In this document: positions 46,801 through 59,759 of the stretch, one piece after another
How positions within the stretch are numbered: the first letter of the stretch is position 1
Layout of the letters: each line of letters begins with the position of its first letter
Assembly (NCBI GenBank): GCA_043228905.1
Contig: JBHGNT010000005.1
Span: forward strand, 19,096,001-19,160,000
Origin: Azolla caroliniana
Lineage: Eukaryota > Plantae > Polypodiophyta
Direction: 5' to 3'
DNA length: 64,000 nucleotides
Position numbers and translations under genes: made by a program
The notes under the pieces: model-generated
What the model was told of the DNA's origin: nothing
Database searches by the model: none
The model's input: only the letters and a program-made list of their open reading frames with translations

Positions 46801-49800
46801 CTGAGCATAATTCTGCTATAAAGCACGCAAAACCACGAAATTATACGAGGGAAGCTTTGAAAATCAGCTGTTATATGGAGGAAGAACAAACTGAAGCAAT
46901 ATTGCATTTGTAATACAAGGGCAATACAGCTTTAGCATCTTTATGTATCACCACTGCATGGTGTACATACTGGAATGTTCGTGTTCCAATTATATATATG
47001 TAATTTCTGCTTTTGGTATCTTTCCTACTAAATTCAAAATAATTGATGATGGTTTCATGGTCAAGTTGATGAAGTGAAGGACTAGTTTTAATGCACACAT
47101 AATGAGCACATGATACAAGCCTGTGAAATAGTGTCATTCATACCAGGACATAATCTTATGACATAAGAAAATGAAGACATTTGGAGCATAGAAAGCTAAA
47201 GGCAAACCGAAATGTACAACTATCAGAGTATATTATAGAAAAACATCTTATAGTGTAGAGACAAATTCCTTCAGATTTCGTCCTCCATACCTTAACCGAA
47301 ATCTTCTGACCGTTCGAAATTGTTTCCAAAGTCTCCGAATCCACATTGATTGAAGTTTGCTTGACCACAGTAGTATCATTGGGCGTTTGTTCACTTTCAG
47401 TATCTTCAATATGGAAGAGAAATGAATCTCTATCACGAAACTCAATTTTCGCAGGTATCCTTGTGGGTTTTTGAGGAAGCTTTTCATCAATAACTTTTTG
47501 GCCTATCAACCTTCTCGGGAGCTTCCTTGGTAAATTCTGTTTTGATATACCACTTTCTCCAGCTTTAAGTTGTGCTTCTTGGAAAGCATCTTCAGTTGAA
47601 ACCTCACTATTATTACCTGTACTACTTCCTTCTCCCTCCATTTCTACCTCCTCAAAGATTTGTTCTAGAATCTTGGGAATATCCTCCCCATTTTGTTTGA
47701 TTACTCTATAGACTTTTAATTTGACATCAGGTATTCTTTCTTTAAGGAAACTTATGATGCTTCTTAGTTTCTCTGTTGAGACTGTTGCATCTTCTTGCTT
47801 TTCTTTCTCATCTCCAAATGCTTCAATAAGATCCTTTGATTTCCCACTTTCATCTGAAGCATTCACATCCACTACGTTGACGTGAATAGCGGTTTCAATA
47901 CCATTACGCGACTCGCTTGCACCTCGTTGTAAATATACTGCCTGTCATCAACCAAGGAAAAAGGATCAAAATCTACAATACTTAGCAGTGAAACTCGCCA
48001 GCCACTCATTAGAACCACTAATAGAGAGCTTTATCCTCCAATCCAATTACCTGTATTGTTTCTTTATTTTGCATTTTTATTTATTTATGATACTCACACC
48101 AGGGCAAGCAGTTTCTCTACTTTCAGAAATTGACCTCTTTTAGATTAACAGTCATGTGTATTGCCCAAAGTTTTTTCTTTAGGTCAACTAATTAGGAAAA
48201 GTCCTATGAACATCAAGATAACTTGGATATGACCTAGGTCCCTGACCTCATAGAGGTCTATGCAATGTGGATAAGTTAAGGCAGTGATGCTTCACCCCTA
48301 CTTCCGACCTTCATTTTCAATTATTTTCATGACCTTGTGAATGCTAACCTGCTGATGGTAACCTCTGGAATCCTTCCTTACAAACACCTCGAACAACGAA
48401 GCACCAGGAAATGCAGTTACTAGTTGCCTGAGGGGGCAACCACAAACTGTCAACAAGAGTCATCTCAATATAGTTAAGTGAATGATTAAAGTATAGCATA
48501 AAATTATAAGAGAAGCAATTTGCCTTGCTGTGTAGGATTTTGCTATGAATCTTCCATATGCAGAACTTATGTTGATAATCCGACCATATGGGTCATTTTC
48601 CCCTTCTGCTAAGCCTATCCACCATCCTATCTGCAAGATCATATGGTTGAGCTAAAAGAGTAAAGGTTGGCTTTTTCTTCTTCAATTCAACAAAGTTAAT
48701 GTCTCTATGTACACAAAAATTGATCATTTAAGAGCCACAATTACGATATCTCAGAATTGCATTGCTTACCAATCCAGCAGCAGCTTCATCTCTAAGCCTA
48801 GTAGCTTGTTCATAGTTTTCATCCTCAAGTGCTTTCTGAACCACGAAAGCGCATTTTATGGTAACAAGACTTTCACTTCAAATCAAATCAGAGATATCAC
48901 AGATTACCTTTAATCCAGTAAGAACCTCGGACACAGGATCTTCATTGTTTGCTTCTGTAAGAACTACTTTCAGCCGAGCAGCCTCTTGAAAATCTTCATC
49001 ATCAATTGCATCCTCAAGTTTGAACTGATGGGAAAACACACAGATGTCAGAATTCTTCATTCAAGGATAAGCACGATTATGGACAACATTACAAGAATAC
49101 CCATAAAACCTGAATTATTAGGGTAGAGAATCATGATTCACCCATCAGCCTTTAAATCGTCACAGCGCTTCATCCTGTCTAAACAGCCCCATGTGTAGAC
49201 CTACAGTTTCATGGTTACGCATAAGCGGCTAGGTACCCTTCAGTTAGGTATTTTCTGTATAGCTACTCTCGGCATAGATCTAGGGCTTCCTGGCTATTTA
49301 TAAGGGCTACCAAGTGTGCACTTGACCCATTATTTCATAGTAGACATCCATGTACCCAAACAGAATTTGGATAGCTAGGATCTCAACACAGAACTAGGGA
49401 TGTATGTATAAACCATTAGATGTCAATATGCAAGAGATTCACCTTAAATTGGCTATTCGGACCATAGAACTCGGTTTATGAGCATAAAAACTTAATTTAC
49501 TTAGTATAAATAGGGTATGTCACATATTTTCCACCTTTTCTTCCTTCACGCAATGATGATGATGAAGCAAGAATATGCAGTGAGAGCTCCAAGAGTGCCT
49601 CTTCCCACAATAATAGCCTACTGCAAATATATTTTGATGAGCTTCTCAGAGGATGAATTCATGTGGTCTCACAACTACACACCCCATACTGTTCACAAAG
49701 CAATAGGCCAACTCAGAGTTTCGTCCCACCAGCTAGAGATTGAAGCAGGACAAGCACTTCGTTACTTATGTGAAGAAGAAGAAGAAGAAGAAGAAGAAAC

Positions 49801-52800
49801 ACTTTTGTGCCATTTCCAGCCAGCTAGCTATGGGCCCGATTTCAGCTCAAACCGAACCATTAAGCCATGGTTTAACAGTTTGTCAGTTCCAAAATAATTT
49901 AAAAGGCGCAGTTATAGTTCCGTTTGGTTCTAAAACTCGACTTTATCAGTTTATAGGTTTAAGTGGTTTGGCTTAAAGGTTTTTTGGTTAACTTTTTTTT
50001 GTCCTTAATGGTTTATTAATTTAATTGTTTAATTCATGTTTCTTTATTTAATTATTTTTACTTAAATGCTTATTTAATTTAAGGTATTTTTGTTTATTTA
50101 GTTTTTTAATTAGTTTGACTTAAATGGTTAGATTTAATTTTTTTATTAAATGGTTCGGTTTGATTTCAACTTTTTCCAAAACAGTTTTGATTTAAATGGT
50201 TTAGTTTAGCTTTTCTTAAATCGTTTGGTTTAAATGTCTTGAGAGTTCATAAAAAGTTTGGTTTGGTTTTTGTTTTATATAAATGGTTCGGTTCGGTTCA
50301 GTTTCAAGGCAAAGAAACCGAACTGAAATCGAAACCGAACCAACCCATAGCTACAGCAAGTAAGCAAATCACAGGAGTGCACAACACATTTCATTGAGCA
50401 CAACACCCTCCAACATTTGATGGCAAGGTCTAGCACACATCAGTTGGCCAAGCTTATTCAAGGTATAGAGACATTGGGAATCAACCCTTAAATTCACAGC
50501 ACAAAAACAATCACGCAAAGAAAACTTGGTCCATTGGTCAATCCACATTCCAAAGAAAACAGTCACGAAAGAGCAAGGGAATGTTCGTGAAAAGGATGGC
50601 TGTGAGTGCCGGGATATAAGGCCATGTCAAAGCATCTCGATGAAACCCAGATGCTAACGATGTGGTTAAAATCTTCGCCTCACTCCACAACACCAATGCA
50701 CATCAGACATCATGTTCCCTCACCACCAGTAATCCCATAGTGGTTATGATCTTCCTGCTCAATAAAACGTCTCAAGAATCATTACCAATTGCAAATGCAC
50801 CTCAACCGCGAAGATCATTATCATGAATCTTTGGGAAAGCTACAGCTTTTACTTTCTTTGTATGAATAACCTGAAGCTACTCATATGTGTACCTTGTAAA
50901 GGAGAAACAGAGAATGAGGAACACTTTGTGTCCAGATGCACATCAAAGAGAAGTATGCCACACCTTTCTCTGATATGGACATACATCTATCCTATGTGTT
51001 GCGTAGTGTGATAGGGCAGTTGCGAACTTCATCACATCTGCTACAGATTGAGGTAGGCAGATATACACGACTACCTCTAGAAGAGAGAATTTGCTAATTG
51101 TGTCATCAAGGAGTGGAATCTGAGGAACACTATGTTTGTCATTGTAGTGTCTTTTATGAAATCAGAGGGAGATACCATTGCCTCTTTAAACAAGGCTTTG
51201 GCCCACTACGCAAGGTAATGGAATATGAGGACAACGATGCCTAGGACTTTTCTTACTAGAGCTCAAGAGACATCAGGAGAAGTTGTTGAAGAATACAGCC
51301 ACACAAGCTCATCCACAAAGAACAATCACAACTTTCTTTAGCCCCATCACTCCTACTAATGCTACAAGCCCATCACGGGATACACAAATGGGCTCCAGAC
51401 CAGGACATAACAAAGGGGTTACAATTGATCGGGCAATAGCAATTTGCCATGCACATAGGCCCCGGTCCCATGGACCACAACCTCGACACCCTTGTCATCG
51501 ACAGATAAAAGCCATTATCTCCCGCCGTCGTAGGTGCTTCTCTCACTTTGGAGACATTTCCATTCTGGATCGACCTATGCTAGAGATCTTTCAAAGACAA
51601 AAGCTACAATATACCTAGTTTGAGAATCTCACATGTGCCAAAAACCAGATTCCCTCATTTCTTCTCTTTTCATCTTATTTACTTTCATATTTATTGTGTA
51701 ATATTTATTTTATTTTGATTTGTTCTCAAAGACGAGACAACACTCAAGATGTAATCTCTTATTTGGTCTTATAGACCATTTTGGCCTCTTAAAAGACGTT
51801 AATATATCTTTCTTTCTGAATACAAAACCCATCAACAAATGATGGAGAAGATTGTCCTTCCCTTTGGCCAATTCTTGCTCAAGCGTCAGATGCATCAGGG
51901 GGAATCAACCATTAAATTAGTACATGGGACAAAGGCAATAACAGATCGTTGACTTATTCATCGGCTTGCACCTCCACCACCAACATTTCCACAATTCACC
52001 ACACAGGTAGCAGATGAATGGCCATGAACAAAAACCCCAGGGTACAAGTTGATATCAATATACAACACCCCACTGCCCTACATATAAAGCATCTATTATG
52101 TATTGTATTTGCATGACCATAATGGTCATTGTATTTGCATGACCATAATGGTCATTGTACTTTGTGATCTAAAAGAAATCTTTCTCCCACAATAAGGAAA
52201 TCTAATTTAGTGGAGTTAGCTATATGTATCTAACCTTACAAGAAAGGATGCTGGTTTTATATATCTTCTATGTATAGATAGAGAAGTCCATCTCCATCAA
52301 TATAAAAAACTATCCCTTGTGTAAATTTAACACAACGTAGGTTTCTACATCATGTGAACCATCTGAAGGATATAGAGTCGCATTGCCCAAGATCAAGCAA
52401 AATCTTTTGGGTTTCACTACAGAAGACATAGGTGCCAAACTGCACTATCCTATAAGAGCATTCCTGGGATCAACTCATGTTTTACCTTTCCAAAACATGC
52501 ATTTATTTTGTACATTGTATCCTACGAATCAATTGTACCAATGATCCCCATATCATTGTACTTGGATCAAAGTCTAGATGTATGGGGCAGCTACCTAGTT
52601 TAGGTACAGTTTAACAGTGCTTTAGACCTACAAGGCACTGTACTATTCATACGGATGTAACTTTGGTCTCATTGATCAGTTCCTTGAAGGCGTTAATGTA
52701 ATGTTTCGTTTCTTTTCTTTTTTCTCCCATGTTTTCATGACACGAGCATGTTGCTTCTTACCATCATATGGGACATGGTAGAATCTCGTGCAAGCAAATA

Positions 52801-53541
52801 GGCCTTCTCTTTGTATTCACTTGGATGGAGATCCATATCTCTGGCATTCCTTCTCTAATGATTACACTCTTGAAGCACTAAATTATTTTTAAAATGTCCT
52901 AACTCATCACAAAGTAACATTAGGCAATGTGAGGTCGACCATACCTTAAGAATGGAAGCTAAACTTTCTTGTTCTTCAAGATAATCGAAATGCCTCTTCC
53001 ATCTCTCCCAGTTCCATTCTTCATCTACCGCTGTCTGAATCTCAGATGTACCCGAATCTACTTTACTTTCTCTTCCTTTTTCTTCTTCTTTCTGCTCTGC
53101 TGGCTGAGGCTTTATATACCTATCAAGATAGTCCATAATTCTCTTACTAGCAGTAGAGAAAATATGATGAAATGGGTCTTTCAACCGAGCCAAGATTTCC
53201 TGCAAGAATTTAATATCATTTACAAAAACCTTATCTGAAGAAGAGGGGGAGGAAGGGGAAGAGAAAGAAATAGCATCAGAGCTAGGATTTCTATCTATGG
53301 AGATTGAGGATTTTTCCTCTGAAGAAGAAGAAGAAGGAATGTCTTGCGGACGATTAACAGAGAAAAACACGGAAACGGGTCTGTGTCTCTGAGGTGGACA
53401 AGTGTATCTGCGAGGTCTTAAGGATGTCCGGCGTCTGAAATCGAAGCTATGGAGCTTCAAAGTGAGCTTGGAAGAGGAGGAACAAGAAGAAGCGGAGGTA
53501 TAGTCGTGTAAAGGGAAAGAAGAAGGCCACAGAGAAGACAT
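43886..53541 (-). CDS. EX1: EXECUTER (EX1/EX2-like) chloroplast singlet-oxygen signalling protein, ~727 aa, 11 exons
   Basis: Exons (- strand): 53541-52945,49024-48908,48835-48770,48630-48524,48427-48349,47941-47291,46685-46559,44703-44531,44441-44367,44270-44178,43984-43886; total 2184 nt, in frame. Ser/Arg-rich transit-peptide-like N-terminus, [10 protein letters not shown], two UvrB/C-like motifs ([17 protein letters not shown]; [15 protein letters not shown]), GWWIG...DPYGRII, and C-terminal DUF3506 ([10 protein letters not shown]...[23 protein letters not shown]...PQWVDGEL...LFNRL). EX1 versus EX2 is unresolved. Confidence 0.93.
49640..49810 (+). mobile_element. Old related non-LTR fragment in EXECUTER intron 1
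   Basis: [17 protein letters not shown]...EETLLCH: the same C-terminal motif as the main family, diverged, with a (GAA)n expansion. Confidence 0.7.
49825..50353. mobile_element. hAT-like MITE
   Basis: TIR TAGCTATGGG...CCCATAGCTA, subterminal AAACCG/CGGTTT repeats, AT-rich core, imperfect 8-bp flanks CAGCCAGC/CAGCAAGT. Confidence 0.7.
50965..51817 (+). mobile_element. Well-preserved 5'-truncated non-LTR copy, antisense within EXECUTER intron 1
   Basis: [43 protein letters not shown] 51283-51618 ending [18 protein letters not shown], 3'UTR and TTTC tail. Confidence 0.92.
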
Positions 53542-53595
53542 ATCTCAGAGAGAAGGAACTCTGTGAGGCAGAAGAAGAAGAAGAAGAAAAAGAAG

Positions 53596-53610
53596 AAACC
53601 CTAAACCCTA
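53596..53610. promoter_or_regulatory. Telo-box (AAACCCTA x2) just upstream of the EXECUTER ATG
   Basis: AAACCCTAAACCCTA lies 55 nt upstream of the start codon; short interstitial telomere motifs are known plant promoter/5'UTR elements. Confidence 0.55.
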
Positions 53611-53629
53611 GATATGGCGTCCCACCATT

Positions 53630-53680
53630 ATGATCATCTTCATCTTCATCTTCATCTTCATCTTCATCTTCATCATCATC
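53630..53680. repeat. (ATCTTC)n/(ATC)n microsatellite
   Basis: Directly visible in the sequence. Confidence 0.9.
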
Positions 53681-54160
53681 ATGGAGAAAGCAGGAGAACA
53701 GAGAGCCTTACACACACGATGGGATTTTCTTTTTTATTTTTTATTTTTTATTTTTTTTCCATCATTATTTGAAATATTTATATTAGCTAAAATGGCCTTT
53801 TTGCTTTTCTGGCTTTTCTGGCTTTTGGCTTTTTGGTTCTTCCTTCTTGCTTTTCTGGCTTTTCTGGCTTTTATGATTTGCGTCATAGTATATGAACCAT
53901 ACGTATATTCGCATTCGAGGCTTTTCAACCATTCGAGTATGGAAAACACCCTCGACGTATGGTAAAATACCATACTTTTGTAACCATTACATATTTATTA
54001 TAAGGTAAATTTTTTTTTACGGTAAAAATTGTAATTAAAAAAAACACATAAGAATGTTTTGATAACATGCGCATTCGTTTTCATTCGTATGAAACGAACT
54101 TTTGACAATGCATTCGAGTATATTGCATACTATGATTTGCGTTTCTGGGTTTTTGCTTTA

Positions 54161-54573
54161 CAATCGGCAACAGTTCGAACCTCTAAACTGCGGTTTAATG
54201 GTTTCAACGGTTCGGTTCGGTTTCAATAGCAAAAACCTGTGGTTTAAACGGTTTATCGGTTTTTTTTTATTTAAAAAATTCTAAAAAAAATTTTAAATTG
54301 TTTTTAAACAATCTTTTCATTTTTAGACCTTATTCTCACATTTTAGGAACATCTTTAAAATTTTAAATATTTTTAAAAATGAAATATTATAAATTTTTGA
54401 AAATTAAAAATTTGACATATTTTGAAAACCGAAACCGAACCATGAAACCGCAGTTTTTACGGTTTGAAAAATGTTTAACGGCTTCGTGGTTCGGTTCTAT
54501 TTGGTTCAGGTTTCAAAAAAATTTAACGGTTCAGTTTGGACCCTCTCAAACCAAACTGAACCGTTGCCGATTG
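54161..54573. mobile_element. hAT-like MITE in the EXECUTER upstream region
   Basis: TIR CAATCGGCAAC...GTTGCCGATTG, imperfect 8-bp flanks TTGCTTTA/TTACTTTT, CGGTT/AACCG subterminal repeats. Confidence 0.75.
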
Positions 54574-54749
54574 TTACTTTTGCTCTCTCCATGCACAATG
54601 GAATTTCCCATCTCTTTTTTCCTCACTATTTGAATATACATAGCTAAAATGCCTTGTTGCTTCTTGCTTTCTATTTTCTAGCTTTTTCGCTTTTTGCTTT
54701 TTGCCTTTTCACCTTCTACGACGAGCTCTTTTGAGAAAGTAGTGCATAG

Positions 54750-55400
54750 AGATCATGGTAGAACTTTCTAGAAATTGCCGAAATAACCCTAAGAGTTGTT
54801 GGGGCTTGCCTGTCGGCCATTGCCTCCTCTCTTCCCTTGCAATGATTTCCATCAATGCCCATCTTTTGGGCATTTGTGATCCACTTGCTCTATATGAAAT
54901 AGTGATGTCGGCTTCATTGAAAAAACCATTAGCTATTCAGAAAGGTTTAGGATGTGGGGGTTCCCCCTTAACTTCTCTTTGTATGCCTTCCCGATAAAGC
55001 ATCATTATTGCCTAATTGTAAAAGACTACAACAAGTGTGATTTCCAAATGCATGAATTTCAAAACTCGAGACATCTCGGATTATAACAGCAAATAAATTC
55101 CATAAACCTTTTGATTCATTATGTTGTAGCCAATATCTACGCTTGTCTTCACCACTTTTGAAACCAATGTGTGATGCAATAGCGTGTGCTTTCACAACAT
55201 TCTTAACATCAAGTATTCAATCAAAACGATGTTTCCTTTGGCCAAATCCATCACCAATTTTAGAAACAAAAAAGTTGTTTAATATAGCAATTGGAATTGC
55301 TATAGTAGTAAGGACTATTTTATCATGTCAAGCCTTGAATAGTGACTATTTTAAAACAAGAATTCAAAGAGGATTTGAATTTGAATGGAAATAAAAGATG
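54750..55400 (-). mobile_element. MuDR-like transposase N-terminal relic
   Basis: KAHAIASHIGFKSGEDKRRY...W.LFAV......FEIHAFGNHTC resembles the MuDR domain pattern ending F-x-I...HTC. Confidence 0.5.
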
Positions 55401-55819
55401 TGTACACGTGAAGCAAGAACTCAACAATTCTCATCCATTTGTGCAAATGGTGCTCCAAAATATGTGGTGGTGCTTATATGCAAGAATGGTGTTCAATTTG
55501 GTGTTGTGCTGCTATATGGATTTGAAAGTGGTGCCAAAATCTTTTGTCCTCCCTTTTTTGTTGTCAATTTTTTTGTATGTTTAGGACATTCTAACAATCT
55601 CTATGAAGTTAAGGGTCTTCTACCAATTATGAACATAGATAGGGGTATTTTCACAAATAACCCTATAATATAACTAAGTTTGTGTACAAGGACTAGGAGT
55701 GTTATCCACCTTATTGATTCACCAACCATAGTTGGGCATTTTATAATGAATATATATTTGATCATTGAGATATGTACATAGAAATCATGCAATTTTCAAA
55801 GAGCTCAAGTTCTAGATAT

Positions 55820-55990
55820 CTAGCTCTTAAACATGTCACACTCCTATCAAGAGAAAACAGTTGCTACGACAATATATTTGATGAATCATTGTCTTACTAT
55901 AGTAATACATGATGTGAATCCACGTGAGCATTGCTATGGGGATGAATTTACGTACAAGTACATTTATGTATCCATCATTGTATTCACAAA
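55820..55990 (+). mobile_element. Copia integrase C-terminal fragment
   Basis: TVATTIYLMNHCLT.VIHDVNP.E..YG, similar to 4478-4560. Confidence 0.55.
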
Positions 55991-56699
55991 CCCTCATGAA
56001 CTCATTGCTACTTTAAAAAAAAAAAGTATAATTTATATTTCAATTATCTTCTATAAAATCCTTGTTTAAGTTTCTTGTGATGAAGCAAGAATCACGTCAT
56101 AATTTTCGGTTCAAAAATATGGGCTTGGGTAACAAAGGTACGAAATTTTGACAAGATCGGCGTAGAATGAACCACCGAACCATCTTGTTGGAAAACTTGT
56201 CACGTTAATATGAAGGCGTCACCACGAGGGTCATGTCGGGTTTTTTCAAATCTTGATTCCGACCATCGAGCTAGAATTTGCATCTACCCGTAAATTTCGG
56301 GCGGTTGGAGTCGAACTCGCTACGTCAACCAAAATCGACATCCTGTCCACTAGACGGCACCTAAGGACAAGAGTTGGACCCAATTATTGTAAAACTGCAT
56401 CTCTCCACGAGGGAGGGAGGGAGGGGTATATTTTATACCTAAAATTAAATTAAATTAAATTAAACCAAATATTTTAAAATAAAAATAAAAACATTAATAA
56501 TAAATAGTATTACTATTAAAAACAAAAATAATAATAAGTAATAACAACAATGATAATGATTATTATTGTTACTATGGGAGGAACTCGAACGCGCCTTCGT
56601 TCATGTCCTCTACTTGAACACAACTACATTAGAACTCTACTCGAACATGTTGCCCGCCACATGTGTCGTCCTTAGCCACTAGTCGACCACCACCGTCCA

Positions 56700-56940
56700 T
56701 TTACACCACTTGTCACTACTTCTATCTTGGCCTTGAACTTCTCCAAGGAACCATCAACTGTATACTTTACTTTCCATATCCACTTGGTGCCTATCACCTT
56801 CTTCTTTGTTGGTCTTTCCAACAACTCCTACTATCTTTATGATGTTGTTGTATCTTGACAACATCATCTCATTTCACTTAAAGTCAGACATGGCTTCCTC
56901 CACCGAGGTTTGACTTATAGAGCCTATGATGTTGAGTACC
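56700..56940 (-). mobile_element. Copia RT N-terminal fragment
   Basis: ELVERPTKKKVIGTKWIWKVKYTVDGSLEKFKAK on the - strand. Confidence 0.75.
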
Positions 56941-58799
56941 ATATATGTGTCAGCAATGTGGCCAAAGGTTGTTTGTTGCGCCTCTATTCTTCTTTGTTTT
57001 TGTAAACAATTGGTTGGAGTTTAGGGAAACTCAACTTGAGGATTATGATCATCAAATAGCTTTTGAACCCACTAATGTATTTTTTTTGCATGTGCCATTG
57101 CAACATGTTGAACTAACAAGTCATCGCCATTAAGTGAATCAACTTCCTTTCTTGGACAATGTGTCAAGAGTGGGTGGAATACGATTGATGATATAATAGT
57201 AGAACCCCTATTCTCAACTCGATGTTGTAAGAATCTAAATTAATGTTAAGAACAATTCAAGAGAAAAAAAGGAATGAAGGGTGCTAGACCACCCAATCAC
57301 CCCCTAACAAATGTGTGAGACAGATCCAAGTCCCTCATTGTCATGGGAGTTTGTGATCGATGTGTTAAACCATTGGGGTCATAAACAAGGAGAGATTGTA
57401 AAAGAAGAGAGCAAGACAAGCACAAATAAGATACCAATATAGTGTAGGATCAAAGATACATAAATTATCTCTATCAAACTCCAACTTGAACCCTTGGCTT
57501 TGATCTTGAGAGTTGAAAAACCATTGTTGATAACCTATATCTCGATTGATTAATTATTAGATGAATGTATTTTTCTTGATGCCTAGATGGGGCTTAGATG
57601 TTGATATTCCTTTTCTTTAAATAGGTGTTCGAGTAAGGGCGCATGTGATGTGCGAGTGCACATGATGAATGTGATGTGGGATTGCTACTTGGTGCACATA
57701 TGTTGATGTGTGATGCATGACAACCATGTTCTTCATCAAAGTCATCATGCATGCAATGTTTTCTTTTTCCGATAAAAAATATGCTCCATTGGTATTAAAA
57801 TTAATAATGCCAAAGGCAATGCACAAATTGTACATAATAGTTTCCACTCCATAATATATATCATCAAAAAAAGAACTAACTATCAACGATGGCATTTGGC
57901 AAGACTCGGCATTTGCCAACACCACCTTTGCTACAACAAGCTAGGATTCCATGAGACCATATATGTAGTACGAAGTGTGTGAAACCCATCTTCAATTGGC
58001 CCTTGTTATGGCCTCTAAAAACCTTTCATGTTGCAACCAACATTGGCTTAATGTGATTCTGCATATACTAAAGCTCTTCGATCTATCCATACTCAACATA
58101 TAACCAAATTCCTACAGTTCAGGAGAATACATATCATGGTGGTAAGGTTGTTGCTATTTGTCAAATGTTTTATACGACAATATCTTCTTCAGCTGCAACA
58201 GATGAAGACACGAAAATAGTCCATGATGCATCTGCCGCTTGGGATAAAACGTGATGGGCCGCCTTGGACAGCCCATCTATCATCTCCCATATCGAAACGA
58301 GCATGTCCTTCATCTCCACTAACATTGAAAATGTACTTGTAATGAATCTCCCTAGAACAAGATGATCTATGTCCTCTTCACCTCAACAAGAATATATGGT
58401 TCGATCCCCCACCATCTTCACTCAACCTTATCGCAAAACAAAAATCTGCTTCGGTCGGTCCGCATCAACCATCTCGTTGCTTACCACCAAAGTCCTATAA
58501 AAATAACAACAAAAAGAGTCTCGTGTGTTTCTCATCCCCTCAAGATCTACTTCACTCATTAGCTTCATCCCCCACACCAACATACTCATCCTGCTCACAA
58601 AAACAGAAAACCAGCTTCATCATGTCCACGTCCACCATCTCGCTATCTCCGATTATCTCAGGATTTCTATCGACTCCCGCAAAAATCCTGTACTGACAAC
58701 CAAAAATTAAGTCAAAAAATTTCCTGCTTTATCATAATACTCTGCTTCAGCCCCCACCACCTTGTACATTCCAAGAGCCTTCCTACATGCCGCAACCAC

Positions 58800-59720
58800 C
58801 TCGTCCATGTTAACTCATGTTGTTTGTAGTAATAATGGTGCCGGTGGTAGGAACAACCATCGAGGTGGTACGTAATTCCACCTGACCTCAACACATGCAT
58901 CTAACATTATAGGAATAGTTGACCAAACTTGACGAATTCTCCATCTTTTTCGAATAGTCATATTTCTAGAACCCTTATAACTGTCATAATCACCTTTAAC
59001 CGTATGTACCAATAAGTTCCATAAAAGACTTTACCTAATCTACAACGTGAGTGTTTTCATCATTGTATAACTTGGAACACCTAGCTTTCCAAAAAACCCA
59101 TAAAACCAACGAGGAGACAATCTGCCAAACATAACTCCGCAAGAAGAACTTGATCCCCTGTAAGGAGCTTGAAGTAGAATATACTTGAAAACTTCTTACA
59201 TGCAAAGACAAGGAAGAATGATGATAATGATAAAAAACTCTTTGTTGATCCAACATTCCCCAAAAAACTGCACCCCATGTGAAAATAGTCGACCTATACT
59301 TACGACCTAGAAGCTTAAGAATTCGACACCAAAAACTTTTTGCCGCACATGACCGATTACTCACCGACCTCCTCAGCAAATCACCTATTGGCAATGCATA
59401 ATGAATCATCAACCACCGAAAATGCAATATCTTATTCATGCATTTAATTGACCAAAACTGTTTCCAAAACATCACCATATGTGAAGAGGAGACATTACCT
59501 TCCTCCTAATACTTTTTTCCAACAGGTATCAAGTCGGTCTAATTCAACATAAAATTCCTCCCAAATGCCACCGAATATGAGAAGAAAGGGAGGACCTTAG
59601 TCGAAGGGTCAAACATGGACAATTTCCAACCATAATCCGATGGATCCCATTGCAAATCATCAATTGGCCTAGAGTATAACACCCAAATATGAGATGAGAA
59701 ATTAGCAATTAGATATTATA
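58800..59720 (-). mobile_element. Plant L1 LINE 3' relic (zf-RVT region)
   Basis: FWKQFWSIK..NKI.HF.WL..H.ALP.GD.L...VWQIVSSLVLWVFWKARC in ORF 59035-59478. Confidence 0.75.
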
Positions 59721-59759
59721 ATCATAATGATGAAAATTGATAATAAATTGTAAAAGGTT

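Noticed and set aside
53630-53973. Hydrophobic 111-aa and basic 79-aa ORFs upstream of EXECUTER
   Set aside because: They arise from (ATCTTC)n and (GGCTTTTCT)n low-complexity repeats.
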